A program made the translations under genes and the position numbers. A stretch of 64,000 bases of DNA. It comes from Phoronis australis (Eukaryota; Animalia; Phoronida). Below the pieces are notes generated by a model. The model was not told where the DNA came from. It saw only the letters and a program-made list of their open reading frames with translations, and searched no databases. The stretch spans positions 1,247,019 through 1,311,018 of the forward strand of contig NMRA01000042.1 of the NCBI GenBank assembly GCA_002633005.1, written 5' to 3'. The number at the start of each line of letters is the position of its first letter. The stretch's first letter is position 1. Shown here piece by piece: positions 1-15,000 of the stretch.

Positions 1-83
1 CAATAAGTCCTGTAGCTTTAAGTGAGATTTCTACAGCATTACGACCGTAAGTATCATTCAAATGCATCTACCACCCTACACAC

Positions 84-3000
84 CTCTGGTATTGCTACAC
101 AAGATGGCCGTGTTCGTCCATACAGGATGTAGTAAAGGTCAGCCAGATCACAGCGTACGCGGCAGTCATGTGACGTCTTTGTGCTGAAACAAGAACAGAA
201 AACATATTGTCACCCTGTAATTAGTGTCAGAAACATCATTCTCTACATTGAATTTATTGTTTATTATAAGTTGAACCACTGCAAGGTCATGTTTCTGAGA
301 ATGTTACAATCTCTTTATAACTGGATAACAGCAAATTTTCAAAACAAACTTTATTGAGCTAATTGGTCTCTTAAGACAAACAGATCCTGCCTGCCAGATG
401 GCACATCTAAGCAACTCACTGTTATGTGATTTAGATACAAGTTCATAGATGGTGCTGAATGCTGTGGTCTTTCGTATTATGGATAAACAAGGTGGTTCTT
501 TGAAGATTCTGGAACAATGCAGACACTTGTTTCATTACCCATCTACATAGCACTGCATATTTTCAAACACTTACTTCATTGTGGTCCACAATCTCTCTGC
601 CAGGGCCTCTGTATTCAGTATGCTCTCCTTGGCATTGGCTTTGAGAAATGGTGGGTTGCTGATGAGAGTTTTGTAGATAAAATGGCTGATGTAGGGGTCA
701 GAGTCGTCCTCCGCAAGGTCAAGCAGCCAATTAAGGTCGTCTCTCTGGCAACCGGTGTTGGCTAGCAGAATAACACAGGAATGCATATGACGCTTAATGA
801 CTACACAGTCACTCAAAGAGGAGACCTGGGTTAGTGATGCACTTAATATCATGGTGAACATGCATGTTCATCATGTTCTGCCATGTTCAGTGTTACAACA
901 TCTAGTGTCATGACTTTCAGGAAAGAAATGAACGTGAACTTTAGTCACATGTAGATGGCAAACTAATAAAATTTAGTTCAGTAACTTTCTGTGAACATTA
1001 ATCTACTATGATGGTGATGGAGACATGACAGTTTTGTTAAATAAATTCATTAACATCAGACATGGAAATTTTAAATTGATTATTAAAAAATCATGGGTGA
1101 CACTCTACTCTGACGTCTTTGACAGGTAGGCACCAACAACCTGGAAGGGTGCTTAAGGAGGTGGGACAGAATAACTGAGCGCAGTGCATAGAATGCATCC
1201 ATTTTTTATCAATGTTAAAAAAATACAAGAGGGTCCTAAACACATCCACACCACATTCACTCGAAAATGAAAATTAAATCCCAGGAGTGCAATCCTTGTA
1301 GTCTGTCAGACAACAAAGGATTCAACTTGGGCCATGTAAGTGGGAGTCCACCACTTGACAAAGGAATATGCAGAAACAAAACAAATTCACAGGTCATGTT
1401 ATAAAATCTTCATTCATGACACTATCCGACTCATTCGCTAGTGGTGTGCACATGGCTATCAACTGATTTACTAAACACTAAGATTTAACATAAACACAAT
1501 AGTCAATGTGACAGATATGCAAATTTGAATACTTGTAAATGAATAGTTAATAGAATTTCAAAGTCTTTTTATTTTTACGTTCTTAATAAAACTGCACCTT
1601 TAATCTGATCAACAAGAATTTCCAACGCTGCCTGTCGGACATCAATAAACACTCCACGCTGAGCGTAGCTCTTGAAGATGGCTGAGTCAACAGGGAGGTG
1701 TCCAAACTGCTGAAGGTTGTGAAGCGCCTTCAGACAACTGGTGAAATGAAATGAAGAAACAGAGGCAGATACAACGAGATCAACGACTGCTAAACATAAC
1801 CATGTATAAACAGAACTTGGTAAATACACTGAAAATAAACTTGCTTTTTGATTTAACAGGTAAAATACACTGAAAATAAACTTGCTTTGATTTATCAGGT
1901 AGAATACATTGAAAGTAAACTTGCTTTGGTTTAACAAGAATCTCCAGTTAGTTACTCACAGGTAGTTGGCACAGATAACTTACCTGACAGTGATCACATT
2001 TCTGTAACATGGCAACAGTTTCTCAAGGTTCAAAAAACGCGTGACTTCCTCAAGGAGTTGTTTGATGTCCGCAGAGATGGACAGAGTACTAGCAATGCTA
2101 CAACAAAGTGACAAGTGACTACCCAAGTTAGGGTCCTGTTGTTTGATAAAAACACATGGAAGCAGCATAATAAAAGGCTAACGAGAAAGGCTAACCTGTA
2201 AAATGTAAGTATAGCGCAAACATCACCAAATTGTAAAGCTCATTTTAGTGTTCTAAGTCTTACTGCCTCTCCCTTTCATTCATAGGTGCCACTCAACGAG
2301 AACGAAATCTGTCGATGATGCGTAACAAACAAGGCTACAACTATCAACGAAGTCAACTGTGTTTTCAGTAAAGTGACATCTGTTCTATTGTTCGAAACAG
2401 TCAACATTTTTTCACGTCAATAATATTCTTCAAATTCAAACTTTTAACAAGAATTTAATGTTTTCAAGTTATTTGTACACATCTCTGTCTGTCATGCCAT
2501 TGCAAGTAAATCACTTGGTGATCTGGTGCAACATCATTATCTCTCCTCACTTCATAGAAGAGCACAGTTCGGGATAAGGCTATAAGGACAATTGCCTTCC
2601 TCCAGTAAACAGCATTTTCTTTCTTCCCACGACATGAATCAGTTCCAAAGAAGACGCAGGGTAGTAAGGCAAATGAATTTCCATCAGAAGCTTAAGGAGA
2701 CACTACGCCGTCTTGTGTAGGCAACAGTAATATGCTTTAAGTACTTAGCTTGTGTGAATGGAGTCATCTGTAACCTACCAATGTCGTTAAATCTTTCCAG
2801 TTCCAACAAATATGTGGAAGGGATAACGATTTTTCGACGCTCACTTGAGACACCAACTGTAAGTTCATCATTACCAATGAACAGCAAACATAGCATACGG
2901 TAACTATGTCAGAGGTGATAATTGTCGGTGATTTTTACACTGACGCTGGACACCTAGAGACTTGCAAGTCACAACAATGAGCCTATCATAACAGACTGAA

Positions 3001-6000
3001 GAAAGATTGATTGCAACTTGTAATGACCTTACCTACACACTGTCACCATGGTTACAGCAGGTGTGATGCTGTTTGTCAGAGCATCTATCAGAGCAGCTCT
3101 GTGGTAGTTATCTGAGAACTGAAATAGTATGACAATGGATTAAGTAGGAGTTATTTTCTACTTTGGAATGCTTGCTCCAAAGGTTTTAAAATTTAAAAAT
3201 CATGCCTTGGGAAAACTTGAACGTGGAAGACAAACTTTCTGGTTAATTCCTTAACAGTGTGATTGTTTGGCCAACTTAGTTAGAAACACTACATATAGCG
3301 GTAACGTGAATAGGAAGTAGGTTGAAAATTGCCAAATGTTTTTAAGAATGAGTTTTGTGGCGAAAATGATCTGTCAGTGCTGCAAATCACTGAACTATGT
3401 CCAGTAAGTATTATGACGTAGTGCTGGAAAATAACAACGCATGATGCGAGGTATCTGAGCCCCCGAGGTACGTCATTAGTGCAAAGGTCACCTATTTGCA
3501 ATTTTTTTTGTTTTCACTTTTACAAGTTGTCCATGAATACAACTGCACTTTGTTTATCGTAGTTTATGTTAAAATAGCATGGTCGTTTAGTTCCTGTCCT
3601 ACATTAACATAGTTAGGAGCGTGTAAATACATCCTTAAATAAAGGGCACTAACTCATCCGATGACATCATTCCTGGACAACCAACTCAAGCACAGTCACA
3701 TACACTGTGAGCTTAGCAGCGTGAGAGGCACAGTTTTCTCTGAGATTGGCTGCTGGGAGATGGTGAATATGTCAACAAGACATTATTTTTGTCCAATAAT
3801 GTATTAATGTAGCAAATTTGGAGATTGGCCTATTGATGTAATTTATTTATCTAAGAATGATGTCTAAGGCACACTCTGTCCTTAGATAGATAGATCACAA
3901 TCGCAGACATGATTATACAGAGGACTAAAACTGCAACGCTGACAAACAGATGGATTTTCCTTGTCAGGGACATCACAGATAGTTCCATGCAAACATGCTT
4001 AAAACTTCCAATCTAAGCTGAAGCCATAAACGGCAAATTATCAATTTAAAATTTCCACCAATCTATACGCATTGACAAGTAATCGTGAAATCACAACTTA
4101 CATCTACTTTTAATAGCGTACTAATTTTGAGAATGTTGAACTTTGCAAGAATTCAAAAGCTTGAGGAAATACTTTATTCCATCATTATCATACTGACAAA
4201 TGAATAGTTTACACAACATGACGACTACCATCTATATGGCACACAGTGTGGGGGACAAGTGAAATTTCATTTTGGTAAAATTTGTCAACAAAACTAAAGA
4301 AATTTTCAGTCAACTACTAGCTTAATTTGCAGGTGTAGATGTGATGAAACAACAATTGTTAGTTTCCAATAATATATAAGATAATCAACCCACGAAAAAT
4401 TGAAAATGTCACAAGTTACTGGGGTCCCGGTTTTTGAAAACCAGTTTGATGCCTTTTATTCAGAGGAAGAAACTGGTTTTTCAAAAGCCAGGAACGTCAA
4501 AAGCAGTTATTACTAACAAGAAAATGACGTAAGAGAGAATATTTTTTGTGCAAAATAAGCAAAAGATTGTCATACCTTGTTTTTTGAGTTGTCATTGTAC
4601 TTAATGAGGTCAATGATGAAAGTGAAGACCTCCTGAGGACATATCCCGTGAAGGTTACGAAGTGACGCCATTGCACATGGAATGGCCTGAAAGCAGGCAT
4701 TACATTATGTAGGAATCAAATGAATTATCCACAAAACAGGAATAATGAACTTGGTTACAAAGTGGATTGATAAAGCAAATAGGAATTTCTGACAATTTAC
4801 CGATTTCATTAGAGTTTTAGAAATCTGGCAACAAAAGATGACTCAATGTTGTTGTGGCACAGTCAGTGAGCCACTTTGATTGATCAAAAACACTTAGTCT
4901 ATAATTTAGTAATTCTTTAAAAAATGAAACAAACTTTCATTCAATAATTTTATTCCATATCACACTACCAAAACAATATTTATAGACTCCAGCAATTTTA
5001 TCTTGAAAAATCTAAAGATGCCAGGGTTAGAGCTTAAAGTTTATTCTCACAAGGATATTTGAACGAAGATGAAATTTTTCACAGGTTTAAAACAAACTTT
5101 AAACAATAAGTACAAGTATTGTGCTTCTTGTTTCAAAGGCAAGACAAAGTTTTAATGAGTGACCAATTTCTCGTGTTAGTGCTAGTGTACAGGTAGGTGC
5201 CTAAAGCTTCATCAGAAAGTATGGCTAATCAATGCTTAATTCTAACAAGTTGAACGTAAATATAATCAACTATTGTCAAATGAAAGGGTATGTTTGTAAA
5301 ATGCACTTTTCCATGCTCAAAAGCAGCAACCTGAAAGTGTTTAAAACAAAGATGACACTTTCATCATTATATAATTACCTTTTGTAAGAAATAGTGTTGG
5401 AAGTTTGTGAAGTTATTCTGTCTAACAATAGTCGGACATGAATGAGAGGAGAAGATCTTTTTGAAGATGGTCATCATAGCAGGGGGTCCTGTCCAGCCAC
5501 TAACCATAGCATTGGCTACCTGGGGAAGGGAAACAAAACATGTAACTATAGTACAAAGTTGATGTTGTCAAACATCAATACTAATTTGAATGACTAAGAT
5601 TACAAACTTAAAGAGAACTGATTAGTTAAAGTTGACATTTTAGTCAAAATGCCAATCAACAAAGACGATATTTTACTAAGTCTAAACTGAAGCAATGTGA
5701 TCAGTTTCTCATGGCATCCCGTGACCTACTCTAAATTTTGGTGCACAGGAAGGCACATTCAAGACATTAACCAGTTTTTGGAGGCAATATGAACACATTG
5801 GTCAGAGTTTAAGCAAAACAGTTAAGTTTCATGAATGTGAAAATATCAATGAATGTTACTGTCAGTAGCGATCTTTGTCAAAGGATCTGAATGTGAAAAG
5901 ACTGTATGTTAGTCCCACGAAAACTGTGCATTTTTTTATTCCGTTATCTCGCTTAAAAGGAAATTCTGATATAACTTCACATCACAAATATTAACGCACT

Positions 6001-9000
6001 AATTTAGTGAGTCAGGGTAAACATTCAGCCCTTGATGGCAAGCAATGCAGTAAAAAGATAAAGATTGTTGACTCAGCACTGCACATTAGAAATTATGAGG
6101 TCAAATGGTTTTAAAATATATAATTGATGAGCAAAGATCACATGGGGTATTAAAAACAGGATGTTGTTGTATCTCAGTGACCTCTATGGGTCAGTGGAGA
6201 AATGGTTCATCCTGGGAGGCACACGTGAAGACATGTACTTTTTATTATTTATTGATTCAGGGCAACACATGATACCCAACAGCTAAAAGGTCTTTAAATT
6301 ATTTTAAAACTAAACCAAAAATACTATATAAGTTTTCAAAAATTATTTCATCAAATTAGCTCTACACCATTTGCAGTTTTTGTTTTTTGAAAAGTTCAGT
6401 GACACATTATAAAGTAGTTAGGTTCTGTCCACAATTTAACAAAACATCTGCCAATATCTCAGGGATAAATGAACAAATCAATGTGCAAAGTCTTAAAGAA
6501 ATTTAAATCTCAAAATTAAAAGGAGCAAAAAAAGAAATAACCAGTCTATCTCTTAACTATTAATACTTTACTGAAAAAAACAGCAAACAGAAACCAGGCG
6601 ATACTAACATGCGCACACCCAGCAGGGGCTCAGTGGGCTCTCATTTGGCAAAGTGGACAAAAAGGTCCGCCTCAGAGAAACAAAAACTCTGAAAGAAAAG
6701 TTACAATAGAAAACGAGACAAAAGTCCATTAAAACGACAGAAACTACCAAAATTCGATGAATGCACAATTCATAGCTCTGAACGTACCCCACATTCTCAA
6801 AAATTCGAGCCCCCTATTTTTTTAGGCTGGGTGCGCGCAAGTACTGACAAACACCGTTTCACACGGACCGAGACGTACCTTGGCCAGACAGTTGCAGGCG
6901 TTCACACGCACTTTGTAGAAGCACTCATCATTCTCTATGGTAGAGGTGAGAGCTTGTCTTGAGGCAGGAGTGGTGAACTCATGTAGTGCCTCAATGGCCT
7001 GTGAAGGGACAAGAACAGAATCGTGGAAAATACAGCTAAAACGTTATGCATATATGATTTGTGAAAGCATAAAAGAGTATAGTCATAAACAGCAGTGCAG
7101 TAAACAAATATCACAAAAATTCTCCTCTAAGTAAAAACAACGCAAAAATTCCCGTTAGTAAAGAACGCCATAATTACCCTTTTAGACAAGGTACCAACAG
7201 GGCGAGTAAGGGCCCTGCATTAGTGCAACTTTGCTAGGCAACGACAACAGAGATGACAGCCATAATTCAACAAATGAACATTACTGTCAGGGGCAACACA
7301 TGTACAAGAAATCATCTCGTCCAGGTTCTGAGCACCATGCTAATCTGATTCCTTCAACAGTTCACACAATTAAGTTATGTTGCAGCTTTGTAAAGACTGT
7401 TATCCCACAAGCATGAATTCACAACAAAGGTGCAGTTGACAAGGTTGGAATGCTGATTGGGATAACAATACTTCAATTTGTTGCTTTTAATAAAAGAAGA
7501 AACTGCATTTCAGTATAGCTAACTTAATTTCAATACCGACTTAGATTGTACCAAACTTTGTTTGTGCTAACCACCGAGTTTGGCTTCACGCCAAACACTA
7601 AAATTTTCAAATAATCACTAAAGTATTTAAACACCAGCACCTTGACTTGTCGTATACACAAAATTTAAATAATTGAAATACTCAGCAGTGCATTCTATAA
7701 CCATCATACCCGACGTGTGTGCAAAAATGGTGAAGGCAGATTTTGCAAGAGCAAACTGACGCTGATCCACAACTTCTCAAAAACTTTGTTTTTAAGTACA
7801 CAGTTTCGGCTTAATGTCCAACTTCTGATTTTTAAATTTCCCAACTTAGGGGCTCCGGGCAGTAACCTATACCAATACAGTAATATGAATTTAAACACTT
7901 TTCTGTTTAACATACAATATGCTAAACAAGTGAAATAATAATTTGACAAATTTAAAAACAAAAATACCAAAATATGAAATTTTACTTCATTCGATAGCAT
8001 GATTTGTACCGTACACGACTAAAATGTCAACTATCATAAAACAAAACTTAGGCGAAGGCTCAACAATTTGTTATGTGCAATATTGAGGTCACCAGCATTA
8101 TATTCATTTATTGAATACAAATAATAGATTAATATAAAATCAGATATCAAACACACACACTTAATAGAAGTAACTATTCAACAATATGTAACATACTGGC
8201 TTACTGGAAAAAGAACAAGTGAATAATCATCCACTAATTTCTATTATCCACTTGGGCCAAAAGGAGTCGCGTTGTATGTAATATATCCATCCAGAAATAA
8301 TTGCTCTAATCTTGCACATTCAGTGGTTCACTTAAAATGGAGCTCAATCAAATGCATCTTAACAACAAATTCAGAAAACCTGCCGAGCCAAGTTTTCCTG
8401 ACAACCATGTTTACCAGGAAAAACAATTTTTATCAAAACCAATCACGAATAACCTAAAAATGAGTTCAAAATCATGACATCTCAATCCCACGTCGCAAAA
8501 AAAACTATTCCTGGCACCAAGTTGTATTTTAAGTTTCCACCAAGGTTGTTAATAAATACTCAGGCTAGGCATCCAATAAGATTACTGGAAACCTTTACTG
8601 CCCTGCTCCATGTTGATAGTTCAAATGTTACAGGAAAAGTCACAGAGGGCGGTGCTTGGTGACAACTATGCCAAGTATAAAAACAAAACTCTAAAATGGC
8701 ACAACATAATTTTACCCAGTTGCAAGATGGTTTCAGTCAAGCTACAGTTACGGAACATGTTTTTCCTGCTGACCACTTTAATTCTACTGTTGCTCGTGGA
8801 GTCAGGTATGATTTTATCTTTTCAATAACATTAATTCGTTCGTTTGCACTTGATGACCTAAGCATTAAATCTATGCTTTCAGTTAAGTGAACATTTACGA
8901 AATTCTGAGCTGTAACAAGTTCGTACCCCAAATCTAGGGGTCATCAAGAGCGAAATCTGCCTGTAACGTACTTGACCAAAGAATAACATGAAATTACACT

Positions 9001-12000
9001 TATCTTGAGTTCGTACAAAAATAAACATGAAAATATGAAAAACAATTCTGAGTTCAACTTCGAGTTCGAAGATTAGACGCTAGGCCCAGATATAATTTAA
9101 AGCCCCTCTTGACAAAGTCAGAAATGAAAACAAACATACAGTAGAATCTTCACCAGTGTTCTTATGGACAGGGGATGGATTGATGCTCAAAATGGCACCA
9201 TCTAACAACACTAATTCTACGTTATATCACAGCCTTAAACACCATTTTGGCACAGCAAGGGGTTAAATATTCTGTAATTTATAAGTTTTAACAACAAACT
9301 GAGGTAAATTATTAGTAATTGAGTTGACATGTCTACAGGATGTTCCTTGACGTTCAATTTGACCAAGCACAGAAGTGCCTCCTATGAGACATTTTCATTA
9401 CACTGCACCATTCAAGTGGATCCAGGAGAAAAAATTGAGCATAGTGAACTGATCTACAATGGGAAAAAGATCATGTGTAGCAGACATCACTTAAACAATA
9501 AAGATGGAGCTACTTTTGACATAACTACAACAAATGAAGGACAGGAGATTATAACAAGTGTTCCTCGATTCGTGCACCAAAATGTAGGAGACCAGTCATC
9601 ACATGTTAAACTAGTAGAGGCAGTGTCAGGCAGACAAGCAGGTCAGTAAAAATGTTTCTTTTAACTACTCATGATACAAAACCAACTTTCGCGGTATTCA
9701 GTTTAACAAACACTCTTTTCTTTAAAATTGATCTCATCAACAATCTAATTTTTAGCATTAATCTTTAGAAATTCAGAAGGTCATGCAACACCTTGCAAAT
9801 TTACACTGAGCTCGGTGACAACATTCACATGCCAAAACCAATATGGCTGCACTCAGGTGGAGTCACCATCTTGGGGCTTCATGTCAAAATCTGTTCACAA
9901 TCACAGCTGGATAAGAGATTAAAGTCGAATAAAGCTTTTTACTTTTATTCGGTCTAATAATAACCATTACTTTGATAGAATTCTATTTCCATTTACCAAC
10001 AAGAACATTGAAGCCATCAAGGAGTCAAGATAACACTTCCCTTTTTATTGGACAATGGCTGATGAGGCTAACAATAAAATCACGAAATAAAAAATAGCGA
10101 TAATATTCACCAACAGGGGTCTCGCACTTTTAGAACCATTTTTTCCACTGAATAATGTGTCTGAAACTGGTTCTCAAAATCCAGGACTCGTGACTATTGC
10201 CCATGTAGGCATTGCCTGTAACTTTTAGTTGCCGGTGTCAATTACAAGATCAGATGAGCGCGACACAGTTTTAGTTACCATAAAGCGATGTGGTTAAGAA
10301 TTTAACATTGCCAGCCAGACTAAATGCCCTAAAACATGCAGTTCATATTGAGGTTGAGATCTGCTGCTTGGGTGGTTTAGCGGCATAGTGCCGATGTGCT
10401 TAATTGAGTGAAGAACTATGCTAGAGAGAAGATACAACAAGCCTTACTTTAGGTTGGTTTATATAAAACATGGCCCATTAAACAGTGACCATACAACAGA
10501 ACTATGCTGCAGGTTTTACCACAAAACTCTAAAACAAGGTAAATTTAAGCCCAATATTTCACTCCACTACCCCACGCCCATAAAATGTACACTTCACAAC
10601 TTTGACATGGTATAAAACTGACATGACAATACACAGGCATTGTATCCAGGGGAAATGAAAATATAAGAGCAACTTCCACACTTAACTTACCAAAATCCTT
10701 CACAATACCAGGCATGGGGAAAGCGGCATTTGAAGAAAATACATCTCACTATTTTTGAAAAAGTCTTCTTAGTAGGTGCTGACAAAAGTTACTTCATCAC
10801 GATGTCAAATGGCACCATGTCAAGGTTGCTGCTTTATGAATAATATTAATAATTAAAGAGGATACACTTTGGCTCAGTGATTAGAAGTCTGTACTTTCGT
10901 TTCGGAGACCCAAGTTCAAATCCTGGCTAACTGGTTGACAATCGATCAGTGCACAAAGATGCCTCCTACTCCTCTGAGCTCGATTTTACTAGTGAAAGCA
11001 TGCAAGGGAGTGAATGAGAACCTGGATGTGAAAGTGATTTCAGGGACGACTGTGGAAATATGTAAAAAACAACATAATTTCTGACTGCCAGCTTTGTTTT
11101 TTTATTAGCCAATAACAGAGACACAGTGCGCTATGACACATGTACAAGTGGCCAGTTGGCTGGAGCTGTCCTTGGCACCATGTTGGTCACCCTACTGGTG
11201 GTAGCTGGAGGACTCTGGCTGATTTATAGGTAAGACTCAAGTCCTGAACTCATACAGTTGATTTGATAACGGCATGTCCTGGGACTGCAACAAACTCAGT
11301 TCAATTTCAAGTTTTCAACCCTATGACTGTTTTCAATCTCTCATAAGAAAATATAGACATGTTAAGAATAGCTGAAATTTCAATGGCAATAACTTTTGTT
11401 TTTGTGACATTTCTTAACCCATTTCAATTTGACTTTTGAAATTTTCAACCTCTGACATTTTTATCACTAACCTCCAATTTGAAATAATGTACAGTACATT
11501 GTTGTTTTTTTCATAAAACATCAAGTGAACACTCCCATGCAATTTGAAATTTGAAAATTAAGAGGATTTTAAAAGATATCAGTTAAAACATTTTTGCAAT
11601 GCAGAATTTCATGGGAGTGGGTAGGTTCCTAGTAAATCCAAGAACACAAACGAAGCATATTAAGAAAAGAAGCATTATCTTTGCTTTCTCACATTTCAAT
11701 CAATCCAATACATGTCTTACAGGTACTTTAATGAAAGAATAGCACCTTACTTCATCCAGTCAATAGAAACCAAGCCCAACAGATGCCAAGACAACTTGTA
11801 CGCCCCTAGCAACTATCTTCAAATGGACCCACCCAAAGTGTCACCAACACGCGTGACTGTCAAAGAGCAGTCCAAGTCAGCAAGAGGGGTACCAGACACA
11901 CTGGGAAACTATGACACCCTACCACCACCAAAGCCCTGCCATAACTCCCACGATGCAGCGAAGCAGGAGCCAGGTGAAGACTATGACTATATACCGCTCA

Positions 12001-15000
12001 ACTCCCCAACGACAAATGCATTACAGTACGAGAATGTAACATTAACACGAGGTCAACCGAGTATGGAAAGTGCTAAAGATTCATACACTACAACCAAAGT
12101 ATGAGACTAGTGCGATAGTGGAAACAGAGGTGTATGCAGAACAATTCTTACATGTGCCTTGTGAGTAGGGCAAGATCCTGCAGCCCTGGGGGGACCTGAA
12201 TAGATTTTTGACTGGAGATGGAACAGGAAACAGCAAGAAAATCAGGATACTCGACTCATTTAGAGAATAATTCAAAAAGGGATCGACTTGTACGGAACTT
12301 CCATGTAAAGTCACCCTTCTGTAGAGCTGTGCTCCAAAAACGCCATCCTTTAGTTGGTGTTAAAACCCATAAGCCAAACCCTTTTGTAAGGATTTCCGAA
12401 TGGCTGCCTTTTTACCTATTAAGCCTGAAACAGCACAAGAGGGGATGCCATGTTGCATGCTGTCAAAAATAGCTGTAACTAAGATATTATAAAGTACGTG
12501 TTGAATAAACAGTTGACATTGGCAGCTGCTTTGTCAGAGTAGTCCATGTGGATCTCGTTTACTGTATGTACAACCAGACTGTATGCTGATTGTTCTACAA
12601 ACCAGTACGACTAGTGTAATTCTCAAGTTGTTTTTTCAAATAAAATTACAGAGGCTGACAAAAACACCATAACAGACAATACATGGTGCTTTGTGATTTG
12701 CCATGTATTCCAAAATCTTAAGACAGATAGTGTGAGCATGATTGTCACTAACATATTGTTGTCAAAGCAACGGGTACACTGCATTGAATTAGCATTGTTA
12801 AGTCAGTTGGTAATTTTAGAGATCAAAAACCTATAGTAACTTACACAAGTGCCCAACCCCATAAATGTTGGCACATTAATCTGAGCCCTGGCAGTTGATC
12901 TGACCTACGTGTTGGCACGTGTGAATTATTCACTATCATGTCTACATTTAATAATAAGACTATACCAAACCTGATTAAAAAGCAGGGTGCATGTTTACAA
13001 CAACTTCATATGGCTATCATGAAAGTTTTATGGCACATTTGCAGTGAAAGACTGTAAGTCAACTAATCAAAACAAATTATCATGATCTGCTGAGCTGACA
13101 CAAATGTGAATAATTTTACCCTCCCTTATTGAAAAACATGGCTGTCACACGTTTAGTCATTACTTTTATGTACATATGTTAAAAAGCAGGATAGATAGTA
13201 AGGTTCATTTTACATGTATGGTAGTTCTAATGAGAAACGATCTGAACAAATGTTTATTATAATCATACATACAAGTGCAATATAATGATTGAGCAAGATG
13301 ACCTGATTTCATCAAACATTTCTACAAAGCGCAGACAGTTGACTAACACCTGCTGCATGACGTGACATCAATTATCACGGCGGCAATTTGTACTCACACC
13401 TCTTGAACTCAGTTGGAAATTGATGAAACTAAGTCAGGGTTAATGACCACCCCAGAACAAAACAGCCCAAAAGGAAAACGGAAATCAGTAGAAAATACAA
13501 CAAAATTGTCTGTAAATCAGAAGTTAAACAGCTGAAATATTTTGCTCTAATAATTCGCTGATTTTTGATGAGATGAGATTTTGACAATTTTTTTGAAAAC
13601 CACCAAATTAAGAAATTCACACACAAAAACACAAATTTAATGTATGCATCTATAGGATGGACGTATAAGTGAATCTTAGGGGCATAAGCCTTAAGTGAAA
13701 CAGGAAAACAAATTATTGCAAAAATGTTCCTGACTCAATTCGACTAAGTAAACATACAGTTGATCTTTGTGTTGACAAATTTCATATGGAAGAGACAATA
13801 CTATATGTAAAAACTTTCAATCATGTAACGGATTTATGGTTATCCAGGAATTATGACTCGTGCGTATTATGATTTGAATCCATAGAAAAAGTTTCTCTGT
13901 TTTGTACAATCCAGCACTGAAAGACAAAACTGTGAACAAGACTCACCAAATTTTGTGCGACGACATCTCGCTCATACCTCAGCTGGTACTGCCACATGTA
14001 GTCTGGTTGTTGCCAGGCAACATGCCGTAACACTTTCATATCTGGGTCAAGGCACAGCCACAGTACAGGAGAATCAGCACTGTAACAGCAGAGAAGCCAC
14101 AGGTCAAAGGTCACATAATCATAATGCCAGCTTTATGTAAAACACTTGGAATGTTAACTATTAGGATGGCACAAATAAAACCTTTAACTTACAAAATTAT
14201 TGAAAGTATCTTTTTTGGTCTAGAGGACAGTCATATGTTAGTCGTTTTTCCCAAACGTGAAGTTTAGGTTTTAAGAACCAGTTCCTCAAGCGACCAATAG
14301 AACATCGCAAAAGTTTCCCAGATTCAAAAAATATTTTACACTCGCACAAATTGACAAATCAAAATGATTAATGTCAGCGACCATTTGCATTTTCACAAAT
14401 GGCAGTGATGCAAACAATGTTCGATAGATACTATTGTGTGCGACGCATACAACCACAAAGAAATGTCCAAATCCCACAAACACAACTGTGACGATTCCTT
14501 CTGCCATGAAAATGCTTTACATTTAAATTGAGCACAAACAAAGAACAAGATGACACTGGTGTTGTCAATAAATGTCATATGCAGTTCCATTTATAAGTGT
14601 GAGTTCACCGTGTCAGTTTTCACCATGACAGTTTGGACTGTGACAAAAGTGTCAAATAAACGGCACAGTACACAGAGGAGGCAGTGTGGCCCAGTGGGAT
14701 AGGTTTCTGTTTCCTTTACTCAAGGTCGTGGGTATGGGTCCCACTAGTGGGCCACACCGCTAGAGCCTTGAGCCAGGTCTCTAGCTCCTCAGCTTGGTTT
14801 TATCTATGAATACAGCACAAAAATGGTTCCAGGTGATCAGTGCAACAGGCCTATCCAAGCACCCTGTTCACATCTGGTACGTGTACCAGACCCCCTACAA
14901 CTATTATTTTTTACAGTACACTCACTCCATGGCAGTGAGGTCCATGTCCACCTCCTCGCCAGTCATCAGAGGGATCTTCTTCTTCTTGTTCCTGTGAGTA

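Noticed and set aside
9776-9860. Possible extra exon of the nested receptor ([26 protein letters not shown], reminiscent of Ig F-G strands)
   Set aside because: Its plausible donor is phase 0 and does not join the phase-1 TM exon in frame; may be a decayed exon, unsupported without RNA data.
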